Shown here piece by piece: positions 29,751 through 41,410 of a stretch of DNA of 64,000 nt (positions within the stretch are counted from its first letter, which is position 1; every line of letters starts with the position of its first letter). Below the pieces are notes generated by a model. That model saw only the letters and a program-made list of their open reading frames with translations, did not search any database and was not told the DNA's origin. Both the position numbers and the translations under genes were made by a program. Source of the stretch: Tetramitus jugosus. Lineage: Eukaryota; Protista; Heterolobosea. The DNA lies in contig OW569345.1 of the NCBI GenBank assembly GCA_937625935.1, forward strand, positions 626,887 through 690,886, in the 5' to 3' direction.

Positions 29751-32700
29751 ATGAGTTTTCGTCCCTCTTCTTCATCAATGTCATCTCACAACAAACAACA
29801 ACAAACAACACCATCGACTCGAACCACTCAGGAATATGCAGAACACATGTCACAAATATCCAACTGTCTCCATTCCATTCTTCGATCAAAGTACTTCTCT
29901 CTGATCGAATCACAATGTCATCAAAAATGGACACAACAGTTGAGACAGAGTTTGGCCAAGCAGGACATTCGAGTAGAGATTGATTTTGAGAGTTTTACAC
30001 ATCAACTCTTTCTGAAACAGTACTTGAATGTGGGTGATTTACTTCCCGCCATCCTACAAAACCGACTTTTGCAACAACAACAACGACAACGGTCAGAGAG
30101 TTTGACAGAGCGATCACCTGTCAAGCGGAAAAATTTAAAGCAGACATTGCTCAGTGTGCGAAAAGCAGGGGTGAGATTGTCTTCGTCTCCATCGACACCT
30201 TCACAAATACACTTGTTGTTGAATAATCTCAATCTGAACAAGAATAACAACAACAACAACAAACAATGTGATGATAATTCACTTGATAGCAAAACCAAGA
30301 AAAAAATTGCAATTGAGCATAAAAATAAGCTAAAGAATGGTGGTGAAGTAGGAGATGATATTTTTGATATGGATATGGACGGAGATGAGACGGAAGAACA
30401 GACAGATAAGAGCAACAACAACAACAGTAACAATGATCCTCCATTGTTTGTTGATCAAAACTGTGCCAAGCACAGAGATGAATTGGAGATGATTGTCATG
30501 AGAGATCAAACAAATGGTATTAGAGCCATTGAAGTCATATTGAAAGAGTTGCCTCTCATTGTGGAGTCGATGATTGAAGAGCACTTGATTCAAACGGTGA
30601 TCAAGTATAATGTTTACAAGCGATACTTGTACCATCATTTGAATTGTATGGTGTTCAGGTATGGAGATCAGGAGAATGGAAAGCAGGTGGGTCATTTGAG
30701 TGAGGATGGAACACAAATGGTTCACTACTTGGATGTTGTGTTCAAATCGAACAGTAAGTTGCACTGGTTGAAGAGACCATGTGGTTTCATGGGTCAAGTG
30801 CACGGAAATCACTTGAAGTTTATGCACTATGATATTGGTCATCATTTGATACCTGATTTGTCCAATTGTATTAAGAGCGTCATGAGAAGCAACGTGTCTG
30901 TGCAAGTTGATTGGGATTCAATCACACAACAATCGAATGAAAAGGACATCTTGACCTGTTATCGTACTCTATATCATTCTCAGAGTGCGTTAGTAATACA
31001 GAGGATATCCAGAGCGTTCGATCATCTTAGTTCAGTTGAGAATGATGATTTGCTAGATGCGATTTCTAGCAGCGTTCACAAGATTATCATTCGACAATCC
31101 AGTCGGAGGCATCACATGTTTAATGCCGATAGCAGAACCATTATTTTACATTTAGTGCTGCACAAACCACCCATGTCATGCTTTGATCCCTTAAAATCGT
31201 TGTATGAAGTCGATGACTACAGTGCAATTATCAAGTATTGTGGATTGTATTCTGGTAATCGATTTCCTGTGGAGTTGCAGAGTTCTGCAGCTTGCTTACC
31301 CTGTCTGGTCGACAACATATCACTGCCATTGAAAGACATTATTCAAAGACAATTATTGTGGATGCCAAACGTGGATGAACGAAAAGCATTTAAGAGTTGT
31401 CAACAATTCATTGATAAGAAACTATTGATAGAAAAGGATCCAACACAAGAGTTCAAAAGAAGAACAAGTTTATTCTCATTCAACAAGTCTGACTCGATCC
31501 CTGCCTCTCAATCGGCATCAGCAATGAACACCACAGGAAAGCCTAGTGTCGAACAACCGCTCTGTGCATGGCACGTGGTCAAATTTAACTTGAACAACAT
31601 GGCTCAGGAGAGAATTTTGTTTTTGACTACACATGCCTACTATGTATTCCGATACGACTTTGCGAATGCCAAGTTGGACGAAGGTCATTTTAAAAGACAT
31701 GATCTCTGCGATATCAACTGCCTGGAAATTGGTGATGATGTTGTGAATATTTATACCCTGGAGTCACGTCGAAGGAGTATCTTCTTCAAATTTACTGGAC
31801 GAGATTCAGACTGTTCTTCACCTGTCAACAATGGAATGGAGGACTGTACCGATGATTATATTGAGAATCATCCACGAATAAGAGTGCACAAAGAAGCGAC
31901 TGACGAGAAGCAACCAAATAGAGATGGTCTTTATTCGAATGTGTTTATGTTTATTGATCCTGCCAAATCCAAGTTAGTTGTGAAAGAAATTGCATGGATG
32001 ATTTACGGTGCGTGTGTACTGAGAAAAGGTGAAAAGTGTACAAAACCTTTCGCCAACCCTGAGCTCACAAAACCAAAAACTACCTTAGGTTCATTATTTT
32101 ATAATAAGCTAGGAATGGGCATCACTTCTAATCTGGATGATTATTGGTCAGAATACAGAAACCCGTTGTATAACAAGACAACAGCCTTTAAGGAGGTAAG
32201 GATTAAAGCCGTCGAAAATAATTGTCTGGCTCAGATGGGTGAAACGGCGTCAACAGACGAGCTGTCTACGCTTGATGTTGAGGATGGAGAGACAACAGAG
32301 AGTGACACATGCGATTTACAATCTTTGGACGACGAAGAGAAGAATAACAGGATAATGCAACGCTATCAAGTCGAACAACAGATCGATTCTGGTAATGAAG
32401 GCAGAATCTACTTGGCCAAAAACAATAGAAGCAATAAGAAGGTTGCCATCAAGGCCATGCCCTACATGGATGAACATCAAGCCAAAATCGATTATGAATT
32501 GTCACTTGTGAAGTTAATTCAGCACAACAATATTGTCAAGTTACATGAGACGTTTGTTTTGACATCTGACACATTGATAGGACAGGAAAAGAACATGTAC
32601 ATGGTGATGGAATACAGCGAAACAAATCTCGAAAATGTCATCAAGATGATGAGTGAGAGAGGATCTTGCTCTCTTGATCAAAAGCTAGTTTGTTCTTGGC

Positions 32701-33272
32701 TTCTACAAATTGCTACGGGGTTGGGTCACATGCACGCCCAAGGTATTATGCACCGAGATATTAAAACGCAGAATATTCTCTTGAATACTCATGATCCAAG
32801 GACAGACAAAGAAATGTCACCTGGAAAATGGAAAGTGAAGGTGTGCGATTTCGGGTTGAGCACGCGGATTCAAGATGAACAGGACACAAATTCAAATGTT
32901 TTGTATGGTACTCCTCTGTACATGGCACCTGAGATTGCCACCTTTAAGAGTCACGATGCAAGCGCTGATGTTTGGTCCTTTGGTGTCATAGTCGTACAGC
33001 TGCTGATGCTAAAACCAGTTGAACAAATGCCCAATATATTCGAGGGCTTATCCAAGAGATCTGGATTCGTGAGCAACATGTTGAAATCAACAGTATGTAT
33101 ATTTATTTGTTTGTTGGCATAAGAATCCTTGGACCATTTGAACTAACCTCCTTCCTAATGGCAAAAGTCTTATCACTCATCGCTCTTGAAGCTCGCAACT
33201 GAATGCTGTAGTCTGAACCCTCAGGTTCGCCCCTCCATGGAACAAGTTATAGCCGTCCTATCAAGTGTTTAG
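29751..33272 (+). CDS. Ser/Thr protein kinase with an upstream hSac2-like domain; intron 33093-33167
   Basis: Kinase motifs DSGNEG, VAIK, HRDIKTQN, DFG, GTPLYMAPE and DVWSFG. Splicing GTATGT..CTAAC..AAG adds the missing subdomain XI (ECCSLNPQVRPSMEQV). QERILFLTTHAYYVFRYDF resembles hSac2. Confidence 0.85.
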
Positions 33273-33428
33273 GAATTTTTTACCGAAATTTTGATGATAA
33301 AATTCATCTTCTCAGAAACAACTGCTCATTTCTCCTAAAAGCAACTGTAGTCAAAAACGGTCAAAGGTTCATCACGGCTCTTGCTCCAACACAGATTACT
33401 TCAGTCGGCATTCATTTGAAGAACAAAG

Positions 33429-33986
33429 ATGGACTTACCACCACTTCCTACAGTAGATATCATCCCATTCAATTTTTTCGATGGCCCCTCTGAAGACCCG
33501 AGTGTGCCTGTCGAACCCAATTTTGATATTGCTACGAGAGACGACTTTGAGATTTTGAAAGAGAAGACAAACAAGTATATTGACAACTTGCACAACATTT
33601 TGGATGACATGTTTAGCAAGAATCCAAATGACTATGTTGTATATTATTCCTATTTGAAAGAGAAGGAAGAGAGAGACAAGAGAATGTCATCAACCTCGTC
33701 CAACATCACAGAAGACAAAGTCGGAGGAAATCTGCCTACTTCTATCCTGTATCACAACGCACTCGAAAAGGCATCGGAGATCATTGAGGAGGTAGATCGC
33801 TCTCGACGTGATAACCAACTCAGAATGGGTCTATTCCCAAAACCTGTGAGTAGCACCAAGAAATCTTCCACATCCAAGGTTCGTGTTGATCCTATTCTGT
33901 TCAGTAGCAAGTCACCAGACTCTCGGCTATCGAATATGAGTCCTCCCACAACGAAAAATCATGACTCCAAGCTCAATGGAAAATGA
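33429..33986 (+). CDS. Hypothetical protein
   Basis: 185-aa ATG ORF with coding-like composition, followed by AATAAA. No recognised motif. Confidence 0.6.
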   Translation: MDLPPLPTVDIIPFNFFDGPSEDPSVPVEPNFDIATRDDFEILKEKTNKYIDNLHNILDDMFSKNPNDYVVYYSYLKEKEERDKRMSSTSSNITEDKVGGNLPTSILYHNALEKASEIIEEVDRSRRDNQLRMGLFPKPVSSTKKSSTSKVRVDPILFSSKSPDSRLSNMSPPTTKNHDSKLNGK

Positions 33987-34092
33987 GCGCACCACTGTAG
34001 ATGATGAATGCCGGCAAAAGCACCGAATAAAATATACTTCGTTCTTCAGTCGATGAAAACCAAATCAACACCAACCAAAGTGCTTCAGAAGA

Positions 34093-36306
34093 ATGAGTTC
34101 TCAGAAATCAAGACCTAAGAAGAAGTTAGTCATTGACTACGAAACCATGAGTGAGGAGGAAATGTTGATTGAATGCATCAAGTGTGACTCTGTAGACAAC
34201 ATTGATAAGTTGATGGATGACTTCCCTACGTTTGATGTGAACTTCCCAATCTATGAGTACGAGCTGAATCCTCCTTCATCAGCCAACAAAAACAATAGAA
34301 CTGTTGTAGAACCTCAAGAGGACGTTGTGTGCGCGACTCCTTTCACATTGGCGGTAAAGTTGGGTCATTTGGCAACAGTGAAATGCCTCTTGAAACACAA
34401 TGCAGAATTGAATCCGAAGGGTATCAAAGGAGGAGATAGTGTTTTGCATTTGGCAGTTATCGGCAATGATATCGAAATGCTAAAGTTCTTGTTAGAAATT
34501 GAGATTGTGCATCCCACAAAGAAGGAGATAAGGAGAATAGTGGAGAGAAAAACAAAGAACGATGATGGTAAAACACCGATCCAACTGGCAATAGAGCAGT
34601 ATAAACCGTTATTGGTGGACGTATTTCTCGATAAGGGAGTTACGTATGATTTCTCATCAAGGAATGAGCACAATCGCACATTAATTCACGAAGCTGCCTT
34701 TTCTGGAGATTTGAAGATGTTGAATTGTTTGATCCAGTTGGGTCAAGATCCTAGTCAGATTGATGATGTCACAGGTCAGACTGTACTCCATTATGCTGCC
34801 CTTGGACAGAAGAAGGATGTCTTTGAGTTCTTTATCAAGCGGAAAGTTGAACCATCGTTCGTCTCTTTCGAAGATCACAGCGGTCAATCTGCACTCAGTA
34901 TTCTCCTCAACTTAGGAAACTTGGAGCTCGTTAAGCTATTGTTGACCAAAATGGAGGCCGATTTACATCAAATCTTTAAAAAAGATGGATTGTCGATCAT
35001 GCATAGAGCTGCTCTCGAAAACAACAAGGATCTACTTGAAAAGCTCGTTTCGTTGAAAGCTAGAATATCTATTGTGGATCGGAACGGTAATACTCCTCTA
35101 CATTCCGCCATATCAGCATCCTGTCTTGAAGCTACGAAATTTTTCGTGGACAAGAAAGCTGAGATTACAGTCGCGAACCATTATGGAAACACACCTCTTC
35201 ATTATGCGGCATACTTTGGAAAGGAAGATATATTAGGAATTCTATTGGGTAAACTGGAGAAGAAAGCTTCAGCACATATCCAAAACAACTGCATGAGAAC
35301 TCCGTTGCACGAAGCAGCATCTATGGGTCACAGTGAAGTCGTTAAACCTCTAATTGCTAAAGGAGTGGACATTCACTCAGAAGATATCAATGGGATGACT
35401 GCATTGCAGATTTCTATCAATGCAAAACATATTCCATTTGCTATTGAATTAATCCGTAATGGAGCTGCAGTAGAAAGACCCTATCGGAGTACATTTGCCC
35501 AAGACGTTCGACGAGATTGCTTGTTTAAAGATGAATCTGATTCATCTTGTAATGAAAGAGAGAAGCAATACAACACTATTCTCCAACAATCAATATGTAA
35601 TGGATATGAAGATTTAGTGGCGGAGATGTTACATGCTGGAGTAGATGTCGAAAGAACTGATCAGAGAGGATACTCACCACTTCATAATGCAGTTATAAAT
35701 AATGAACTTAACATCGTGAAATTACTAACTGGTAAAAATTCTATAGTGGACAAGAAAGACCTAGTCGATGGATACACGCCACTTATACTAGCAATTCAAG
35801 CATGTAACTTTGATATTTGTCAACACTTAGTAACAGATTGTCATGCCTCCTTGGACTATGCTGACAAATTAGGAAGAATTTGTCTTCATTATGCAGCACG
35901 GCAAGCAAATGTAGATATCATCCAACTTCTCATTGAAGCAGGAGCGAACGCCAATCATGTGGATCATTCGAACCAGACTCCATTGTTCGAGGCATGTGCT
36001 AGCGACAATGCCTTTGCTGTCCAGAGTTTATTATCTCAACAGGCATCCTTTAGTCACACTAACGATAATGGCTATACTCCACTGCATGTGGCTGTTGAAA
36101 ATGGTAGTGCTTCGTGCGTGAGCATCCTTCTACAGCAAGGTGCATCGATGAGTGTCAAGGACAACAGCGGGCGAACTCCTTTGATTGTGGCGTCTCATTC
36201 TGGGCAAACGTACTGTGGAAGATTGCTTGTCCAAGCTTGGAATCAACTCAAACAATCTGGTTCTGTTGTATCTTCGTGCCTTCGTCCAATACTCCGAGAA
36301 GAATAA
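34093..36306 (+). CDS. Ankyrin-repeat protein
   Basis: About 18 ankyrin repeats (GNTPLHSA, GNTPLHYAA, RTPLHEAA, GYSPLHNA, GYTPLHVA, GRTPLIVA). Confidence 0.92.
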   Translation: MSSQKSRPKKKLVIDYETMSEEEMLIECIKCDSVDNIDKLMDDFPTFDVNFPIYEYELNPPSSANKNNRTVVEPQEDVVCATPFTLAVKLGHLATVKCLLKHNAELNPKGIKGGDSVLHLAVIGNDIEMLKFLLEIEIVHPTKKEIRRIVERKTKNDDGKTPIQLAIEQYKPLLVDVFLDKGVTYDFSSRNEHNRTLIHEAAFSGDLKMLNCLIQLGQDPSQIDDVTGQTVLHYAALGQKKDVFEFFIKRKVEPSFVSFEDHSGQSALSILLNLGNLELVKLLLTKMEADLHQIFKKDGLSIMHRAALENNKDLLEKLVSLKARISIVDRNGNTPLHSAISASCLEATKFFVDKKAEITVANHYGNTPLHYAAYFGKEDILGILLGKLEKKASAHIQNNCMRTPLHEAASMGHSEVVKPLIAKGVDIHSEDINGMTALQISINAKHIPFAIELIRNGAAVERPYRSTFAQDVRRDCLFKDESDSSCNEREKQYNTILQQSICNGYEDLVAEMLHAGVDVERTDQRGYSPLHNAVINNELNIVKLLTGKNSIVDKKDLVDGYTPLILAIQACNFDICQHLVTDCHASLDYADKLGRICLHYAARQANVDIIQLLIEAGANANHVDHSNQTPLFEACASDNAFAVQSLLSQQASFSHTNDNGYTPLHVAVENGSASCVSILLQQGASMSVKDNSGRTPLIVASHSGQTYCGRLLVQAWNQLKQSGSVVSSCLRPILREE

Positions 36307-36442
36307 ATCTCCGAGTTCATCATTTCGAGTCGCATTTCAGAATCCACCTGATGAGAGAAAAGAACCAAAAGACAAACACAATTTCTCAACCTCGTCAACT
36401 TAACAACATTCTCGACAAACACCTTCTCTGAATTGAGTCGTC

Positions 36443-38440
36443 ATGGGATCCAAGAAACAAAAAGACAAGAGACGAGCTCAACAAGCTTCCAACGACAACG
36501 ACCTCGGCAATGATGATGAAGAAAAGAAGAGTGCAGCAAAAGCTTCGTCTGTCAGTCGACATGCTCGTGAGAAGAAGAAATCACATTCTGATCCCAGTCA
36601 AAATATGCACCGCGAGAACCATCAGACGTCTTCTGGCAACGGAATTGGAACAATCCATTCAAGAATGAAAGAATATGTTCCCCAGGAGGTCCATCAAGTT
36701 TCTCAGAGTGACAATAGTGATGAATCTAGTGAGGCTACTGTTGCAACACCGGTTGTCATCACTGAACAAGATTTGAGTCATATGAAGACAGAGGGAATCA
36801 CTGTGCTCAAGAAACAATCGTTTGGTAAGCCTCATCCCGTTCAGCTTCGTGTGTCGTCTGATGAAACGCAGCTGATGATATCATCGGCCAAATCCGCAGC
36901 TACAGAAACTGACAAGCGAGGAAGCAAATCCAAAATAACCAATATCGCGCTGAAAACTGTAAAGCAGTTGTTAACGGATCAGCAAGAGCGCCAAATTTCG
37001 ATTGTTTATACAGCGCAGGCCAATCCCTTGAATCTTATCCTTTCGTGTGACGACATTCAACATCAAAAACTAGCTCCTATGTTGTATTACTTGATTCATG
37101 GAAGGTTCAAGCCATCGACTAAGCTCTCCACGGTCTCTGAGAACGACATGAGTGGAAAGTGTATTGCTGGTGTTCCTCAACGATTGTATATCGAATCACG
37201 TGATTCATTGGGTAGAACATTTGATATGCACAGTACGGATCGGGATCGTTGGATCGTTAAAATAGTGAATCGTGACAGCCACAAGGTTGTGCAGGTTGCC
37301 GATGAATTAGACTCAGAATCGTTTGTATTTACGATGACAACCACCGGATCCTATGAGGTACAAACTTGCCTGAGTGATAGCACGTTGGATTCGGATGAAA
37401 TCATGAATGAAAGTACACTAACTGTACTGGCAACTGACTTGGATCTCGAGCAGTGCTTTATTCAAACTGAAATCACCGAATTTTGTGCTGGATACACGCC
37501 CTACTTTTACATTATTGGTCGAGACTTGTACGGTAATCTTCGAAGTGTTGATCCTAGTTACTTTACAGTGATACATAGAAATCCATTGCCGGCCGCCTCT
37601 CCGTTTACACTAATCAAGGAATGCAACGGTCACTGTAAAGCTCTGACGATGATTGCCAAAGCAGGAAGCTACACCGCTGACGTGTACTCTACACATAACA
37701 CATCCCTCTGTATAGGTTCTGTTACTCTGACTGTGGTCCCTTCGAGACTAATTGACTACTCAAAGTCGAGTCTAATTATCTTGCCAGGTGACTGCACGGT
37801 GGATGGAGAAATTGTATCAAAGAAATGGTTCAATGTACACTTGCACCTGTATGACACGTACGATAACTTCATCACTGATGCAGATAGATACGCTAGGCAA
37901 TTTATAATCAGAGTCAGGAGTGACAACGACTCAGAAATCCGTGGTCACGACCTCTACTCTGCCACAGAAGTTGCACCGACCCACTTTCAGGTAAAGGTTC
38001 TGTGGGGTGGCTTGTGTTCTGTTTCAATACTACTTCGTGGAGACTTCGAAGACAATGAACTACTACGGACCAAAATATTAGTTCAATCAGCACCTGGTGA
38101 AGAACAAAAGAAGGAAGAATTCTTGCGGCGTCTGACTCTAGAGCAGAGATCCAGAATGGAGCAGAACATTGAATATGAGGTGTTTAGTTGGAGTTTCGGG
38201 AAGCGTCTTCCTTCATTGCTCAACGAAGTCATATCTCGATTTGCACCTCATCTGGTTCACATGCGGACAGACTCGAGTACTGAACGAGAAAGAGTGTTGT
38301 CGGTGTACAAAAAGTTGATCATGTTCGTGCATCCGGATCGTATTCTGCATTCCCATGCTCCAGACTCGGAGGAAGTCCTTCGGTTGAACATTGTATTTAA
38401 TGCCATACAACTTGCATATCAAAGATATAAAGGAAACTAG
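36443..38440 (+). CDS. PH-like region, filamin/Ig-like repeats and a C-terminal auxilin-type J domain
   Basis: Filamin-like AG....YIESRDSLG, FYIIGRDLYGN and LHLYDTYDN. J domain VYKKLIMFVHPDR..IVFNAIQLAYQRY. Confidence 0.7.
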   Translation: MGSKKQKDKRRAQQASNDNDLGNDDEEKKSAAKASSVSRHAREKKKSHSDPSQNMHRENHQTSSGNGIGTIHSRMKEYVPQEVHQVSQSDNSDESSEATVATPVVITEQDLSHMKTEGITVLKKQSFGKPHPVQLRVSSDETQLMISSAKSAATETDKRGSKSKITNIALKTVKQLLTDQQERQISIVYTAQANPLNLILSCDDIQHQKLAPMLYYLIHGRFKPSTKLSTVSENDMSGKCIAGVPQRLYIESRDSLGRTFDMHSTDRDRWIVKIVNRDSHKVVQVADELDSESFVFTMTTTGSYEVQTCLSDSTLDSDEIMNESTLTVLATDLDLEQCFIQTEITEFCAGYTPYFYIIGRDLYGNLRSVDPSYFTVIHRNPLPAASPFTLIKECNGHCKALTMIAKAGSYTADVYSTHNTSLCIGSVTLTVVPSRLIDYSKSSLIILPGDCTVDGEIVSKKWFNVHLHLYDTYDNFITDADRYARQFIIRVRSDNDSEIRGHDLYSATEVAPTHFQVKVLWGGLCSVSILLRGDFEDNELLRTKILVQSAPGEEQKKEEFLRRLTLEQRSRMEQNIEYEVFSWSFGKRLPSLLNEVISRFAPHLVHMRTDSSTERERVLSVYKKLIMFVHPDRILHSHAPDSEEVLRLNIVFNAIQLAYQRYKGN

Positions 38441-38442
38441 AG

Positions 38443-40686
38443 TTATTTATGATCCTCGAGCCAAGCTCGAATCCGACTTTGCCCCATAGACATTGCCTTG
38501 TCCAAGTTTTTCTTTCCATTTTGCTCACAGATCGTATAGCGAGTTCCATATGTTTGCTTATTCGCTGCGTGTATTTCAGTGTTCCTATATGATGCATTCA
38601 CAGGATCAAACTCATACACGTACGTAATCCAGTTATCACTGAACCAGTTCTTAAACACTGAGGGGAAAAGGAAACCAAATATTTCATAATGAGTTCTGTG
38701 CACAAATGCCTGAGTAAATATCTTCTTGTTACGAAGATCCACAGGTCCTGTAACACCCAAGTTTGGATAGATTGAACTAGATGACAGAGTATTCACAAAC
38801 TGATCAGACCACCCAGGTGTGACCAAGCGATTATCGTCGTTCATTTGATAAAAGTAATCGGCGCCATCGTCCATTGAATGTTGAAATAGAACATTCCAAA
38901 CAAAGGGAACCCATCCATGAGAATTCACACATCGAATCATATGGAAGTCAACAGAGTATTGATGAATCATCACTTTGACTCTCGCTAACAACTCTTCTCT
39001 GTTCCTTCCTACATCATAGAATGAATCACCTTCATCATAGCCCAAATACAAAATATAGTGGTACTTGTCGTCTGGTGCACCTTTTCTTGGTACTGTCCTA
39101 AGGAATCCAGGCAATAAAACGGTAATAACAGGATTGTTTCGTACTGTTGGACTCTTATTTCCCTTTGTAGTGCTTGGAAAGCCAACTGCAATGACCTTTC
39201 GACCGCCCTTATCGGGATTCACGATAGAATTCGATCTTTGATGAGTTCCTAAATGAGGTAGTTGTGACCTGGTGCTCAACAAATCATCTCTCATGATCAC
39301 ATCGCACTCCAAGTAATAGTCCAACTTCTCATCATACCGCCGCACAAACATTGAAATAATGCTGACATTCTCATCCGCTTTATGACACGTTACGGACTCT
39401 CGCTCCATCTCATTGTGGAAACCATCAAAAGGAGTAGTCTCAGTGCTATCCTTCTTCAATGAATTCAAAAACTTTAGCTCTTCTCTCGTGCAATACCTCT
39501 TTGAACACTCAATCAAATTCATTAAATAGTGTCGATGAGCAAAGCAATTCTTACGCATGAGAATCACAGGAGCACCAATCAAACAATTCTCATCCAATTG
39601 AGTCTCATCATTATCAATAACCATATTCTTCACATAAAAGAACAATGATCCACCATGACTGTTCAAATACTCGTTCAATTCAGCGAGTGGCATGTGAGAT
39701 GTCATCACTACACGCGTATCCAAGTAAAGAATATTGTCTGCACGATCGAGAGCATCATTCAACACGAGTGGCTTCCATTGTATCAATGATTTTTCATCCA
39801 TTCCTAAATCTTCCTTTTTTTGCATGTCGTCGCCATCGCCGACATCATTGTTTTTTTCACCTTTGTCTCCTTCTTCACCTTCTCCTGCAAATTTATCCTC
39901 TTTTTTCCGAGCACTATTCTTGCTCTGGACAAGTTCACTGCGAGTCGATGTCAAAAAATGAGATTCCATATCAATGAGCGTCACTCCTCTCCACAATTGT
40001 ATTTCACTCTTCATATCAAGTGGTAACCTAAAACCATACATGATAATTTTGACTGATCCTTTGCTGAATCGATGAATACTGCCTACTAAGCGACGCATAG
40101 TGTGATGAATCAAGGGACTATTCACTAGAACAATGTGCAATTGATGATCACTCTTATACGCAAGTAGTGAAGATTGAGAATTTGGTGTCTCTTCATCGAT
40201 ATTCATATCATCTATGCTACGATGGTTGTTATTGTTGTTGTTGTTGTTTCTTGTCTGATCAATAGCTTGATCATTATTCTTGTTTCCTTCTTGTTGTTGT
40301 TGTTCATTCCTAGTCAATTCTTCTTCATTTGCTTCTTGTTGTTCATTCTTGTTGTTCACGATGTGGTTATTGTTAACAATAATGGGTAATGCACCTGGAG
40401 TTGTCGTTGTCGTAGTAGAAGACAATATCGATGTAGCTGATGGTGGTTGTGGTTGTGGCTGTTGTAGGTTTTGATGATAATAGACGAATAAGCCATTGGA
40501 AACGACATAGAGCACAAAAAAGACGAGAGCCAACAGAAAATATTTGGATCGTGTGAGTGAACTCATGCTAAATGAATGAGTAGAGCTTGATTGAGCAAAA
40601 AAGATGTTAGTATGTTGGTTGCTACCACTAGTAGTGCTATTGCTATGGGTAGCGCGATGATTCGGGTATTGATGTTGTGGAAGCAT
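38443..40686 (-). CDS. Type II membrane glycosyltransferase-like protein (probably two GT-A-like domains)
   Basis: N-terminal TM and N/Q-rich stem. Domain 1: WKPLVL..ILYLDT. Domain 2: YLGYDEGD, DYFYQMNDD, QAFVHRTH..IFG..FP..FKNWFSDNWITYVY. Confidence 0.7.
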   Translation of the reverse strand: MLPQHQYPNHRATHSNSTTSGSNQHTNIFFAQSSSTHSFSMSSLTRSKYFLLALVFFVLYVVSNGLFVYYHQNLQQPQPQPPSATSILSSTTTTTTPGALPIIVNNNHIVNNKNEQQEANEEELTRNEQQQQEGNKNNDQAIDQTRNNNNNNNNHRSIDDMNIDEETPNSQSSLLAYKSDHQLHIVLVNSPLIHHTMRRLVGSIHRFSKGSVKIIMYGFRLPLDMKSEIQLWRGVTLIDMESHFLTSTRSELVQSKNSARKKEDKFAGEGEEGDKGEKNNDVGDGDDMQKKEDLGMDEKSLIQWKPLVLNDALDRADNILYLDTRVVMTSHMPLAELNEYLNSHGGSLFFYVKNMVIDNDETQLDENCLIGAPVILMRKNCFAHRHYLMNLIECSKRYCTREELKFLNSLKKDSTETTPFDGFHNEMERESVTCHKADENVSIISMFVRRYDEKLDYYLECDVIMRDDLLSTRSQLPHLGTHQRSNSIVNPDKGGRKVIAVGFPSTTKGNKSPTVRNNPVITVLLPGFLRTVPRKGAPDDKYHYILYLGYDEGDSFYDVGRNREELLARVKVMIHQYSVDFHMIRCVNSHGWVPFVWNVLFQHSMDDGADYFYQMNDDNRLVTPGWSDQFVNTLSSSSIYPNLGVTGPVDLRNKKIFTQAFVHRTHYEIFGFLFPSVFKNWFSDNWITYVYEFDPVNASYRNTEIHAANKQTYGTRYTICEQNGKKNLDKAMSMGQSRIRAWLEDHK

Positions 40687-40883
40687 TTTTTTTCACTCGT
40701 TGGTCTATCCACTTAGAGAAGATGTGTGAAGGGGTGGAATACTCGCACTATTTACCCAAAAATAGGCATCACTTCTCGGGTTGTATTCTTTGGCTGGGGT
40801 GGAAGGTTGATAAAGGATGGTTCTTGTAAAAAATTTAGCTGTTCAGCTGACCAACAAGTAAATAGAGCCAGACAGAGAGAACA

Positions 40884-41240
40884 ATGAGAAGATTTTTGTC
40901 CGTAGCTTCATGTACACTTAATCGATCCAAGGATCAAAACAATCGAATTCGTTATTCGATGGTGACTGCTGTACGATTCAGTCACCATCATCAGGAACGT
41001 CCACTCGTTATGGAGGATCCTAATCCAGCTCTCCCCGATGCACAGAAAGCACGAGCACAACTCGCTGTGAACCTGACTCGGAATCGCAAACCAGATGTCG
41101 TTGAGGACTATGTATCAAACGCTGAACTGGGCAAAGAAATGAAGCCTCTGACGGACAAGGATGAACTCACCCATGTCTATGATCGATATCCTCCTGATCA
41201 CAATGAGGATGAACATGCACGTTCCCACAAACAACAATAA
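40884..41240 (+). CDS. Small hypothetical protein, probably mitochondrial
   Basis: 118-aa ORF with an Arg-rich, acid-poor presequence-like start (MRRFLSVASCTLNRS..AVRFS) and a downstream AATAAA. Confidence 0.55.
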   Translation: MRRFLSVASCTLNRSKDQNNRIRYSMVTAVRFSHHHQERPLVMEDPNPALPDAQKARAQLAVNLTRNRKPDVVEDYVSNAELGKEMKPLTDKDELTHVYDRYPPDHNEDEHARSHKQQ

Positions 41241-41410
41241 TAAAAACAACTGCTTAAACTAACTCTTCCCTGTTTTCTGCTCATTCTCAGAATTCGTTGT
41301 CAGAAAAATAATTCGTAGCTCGTGCAAAAAGTGAAAAACACTTTTATTATACAGGTTCCAATCAAGTAAGTTGATTAATCGATTGAATCACATATCCATC
41401 GTCACTTCAT

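Noticed and set aside
29522-29983. 153-aa ORF starting MWSRVRVTLGG
   Set aside because: It starts at a non-ATG codon inside tRNA-Tyr and overlaps the kinase gene out of frame.
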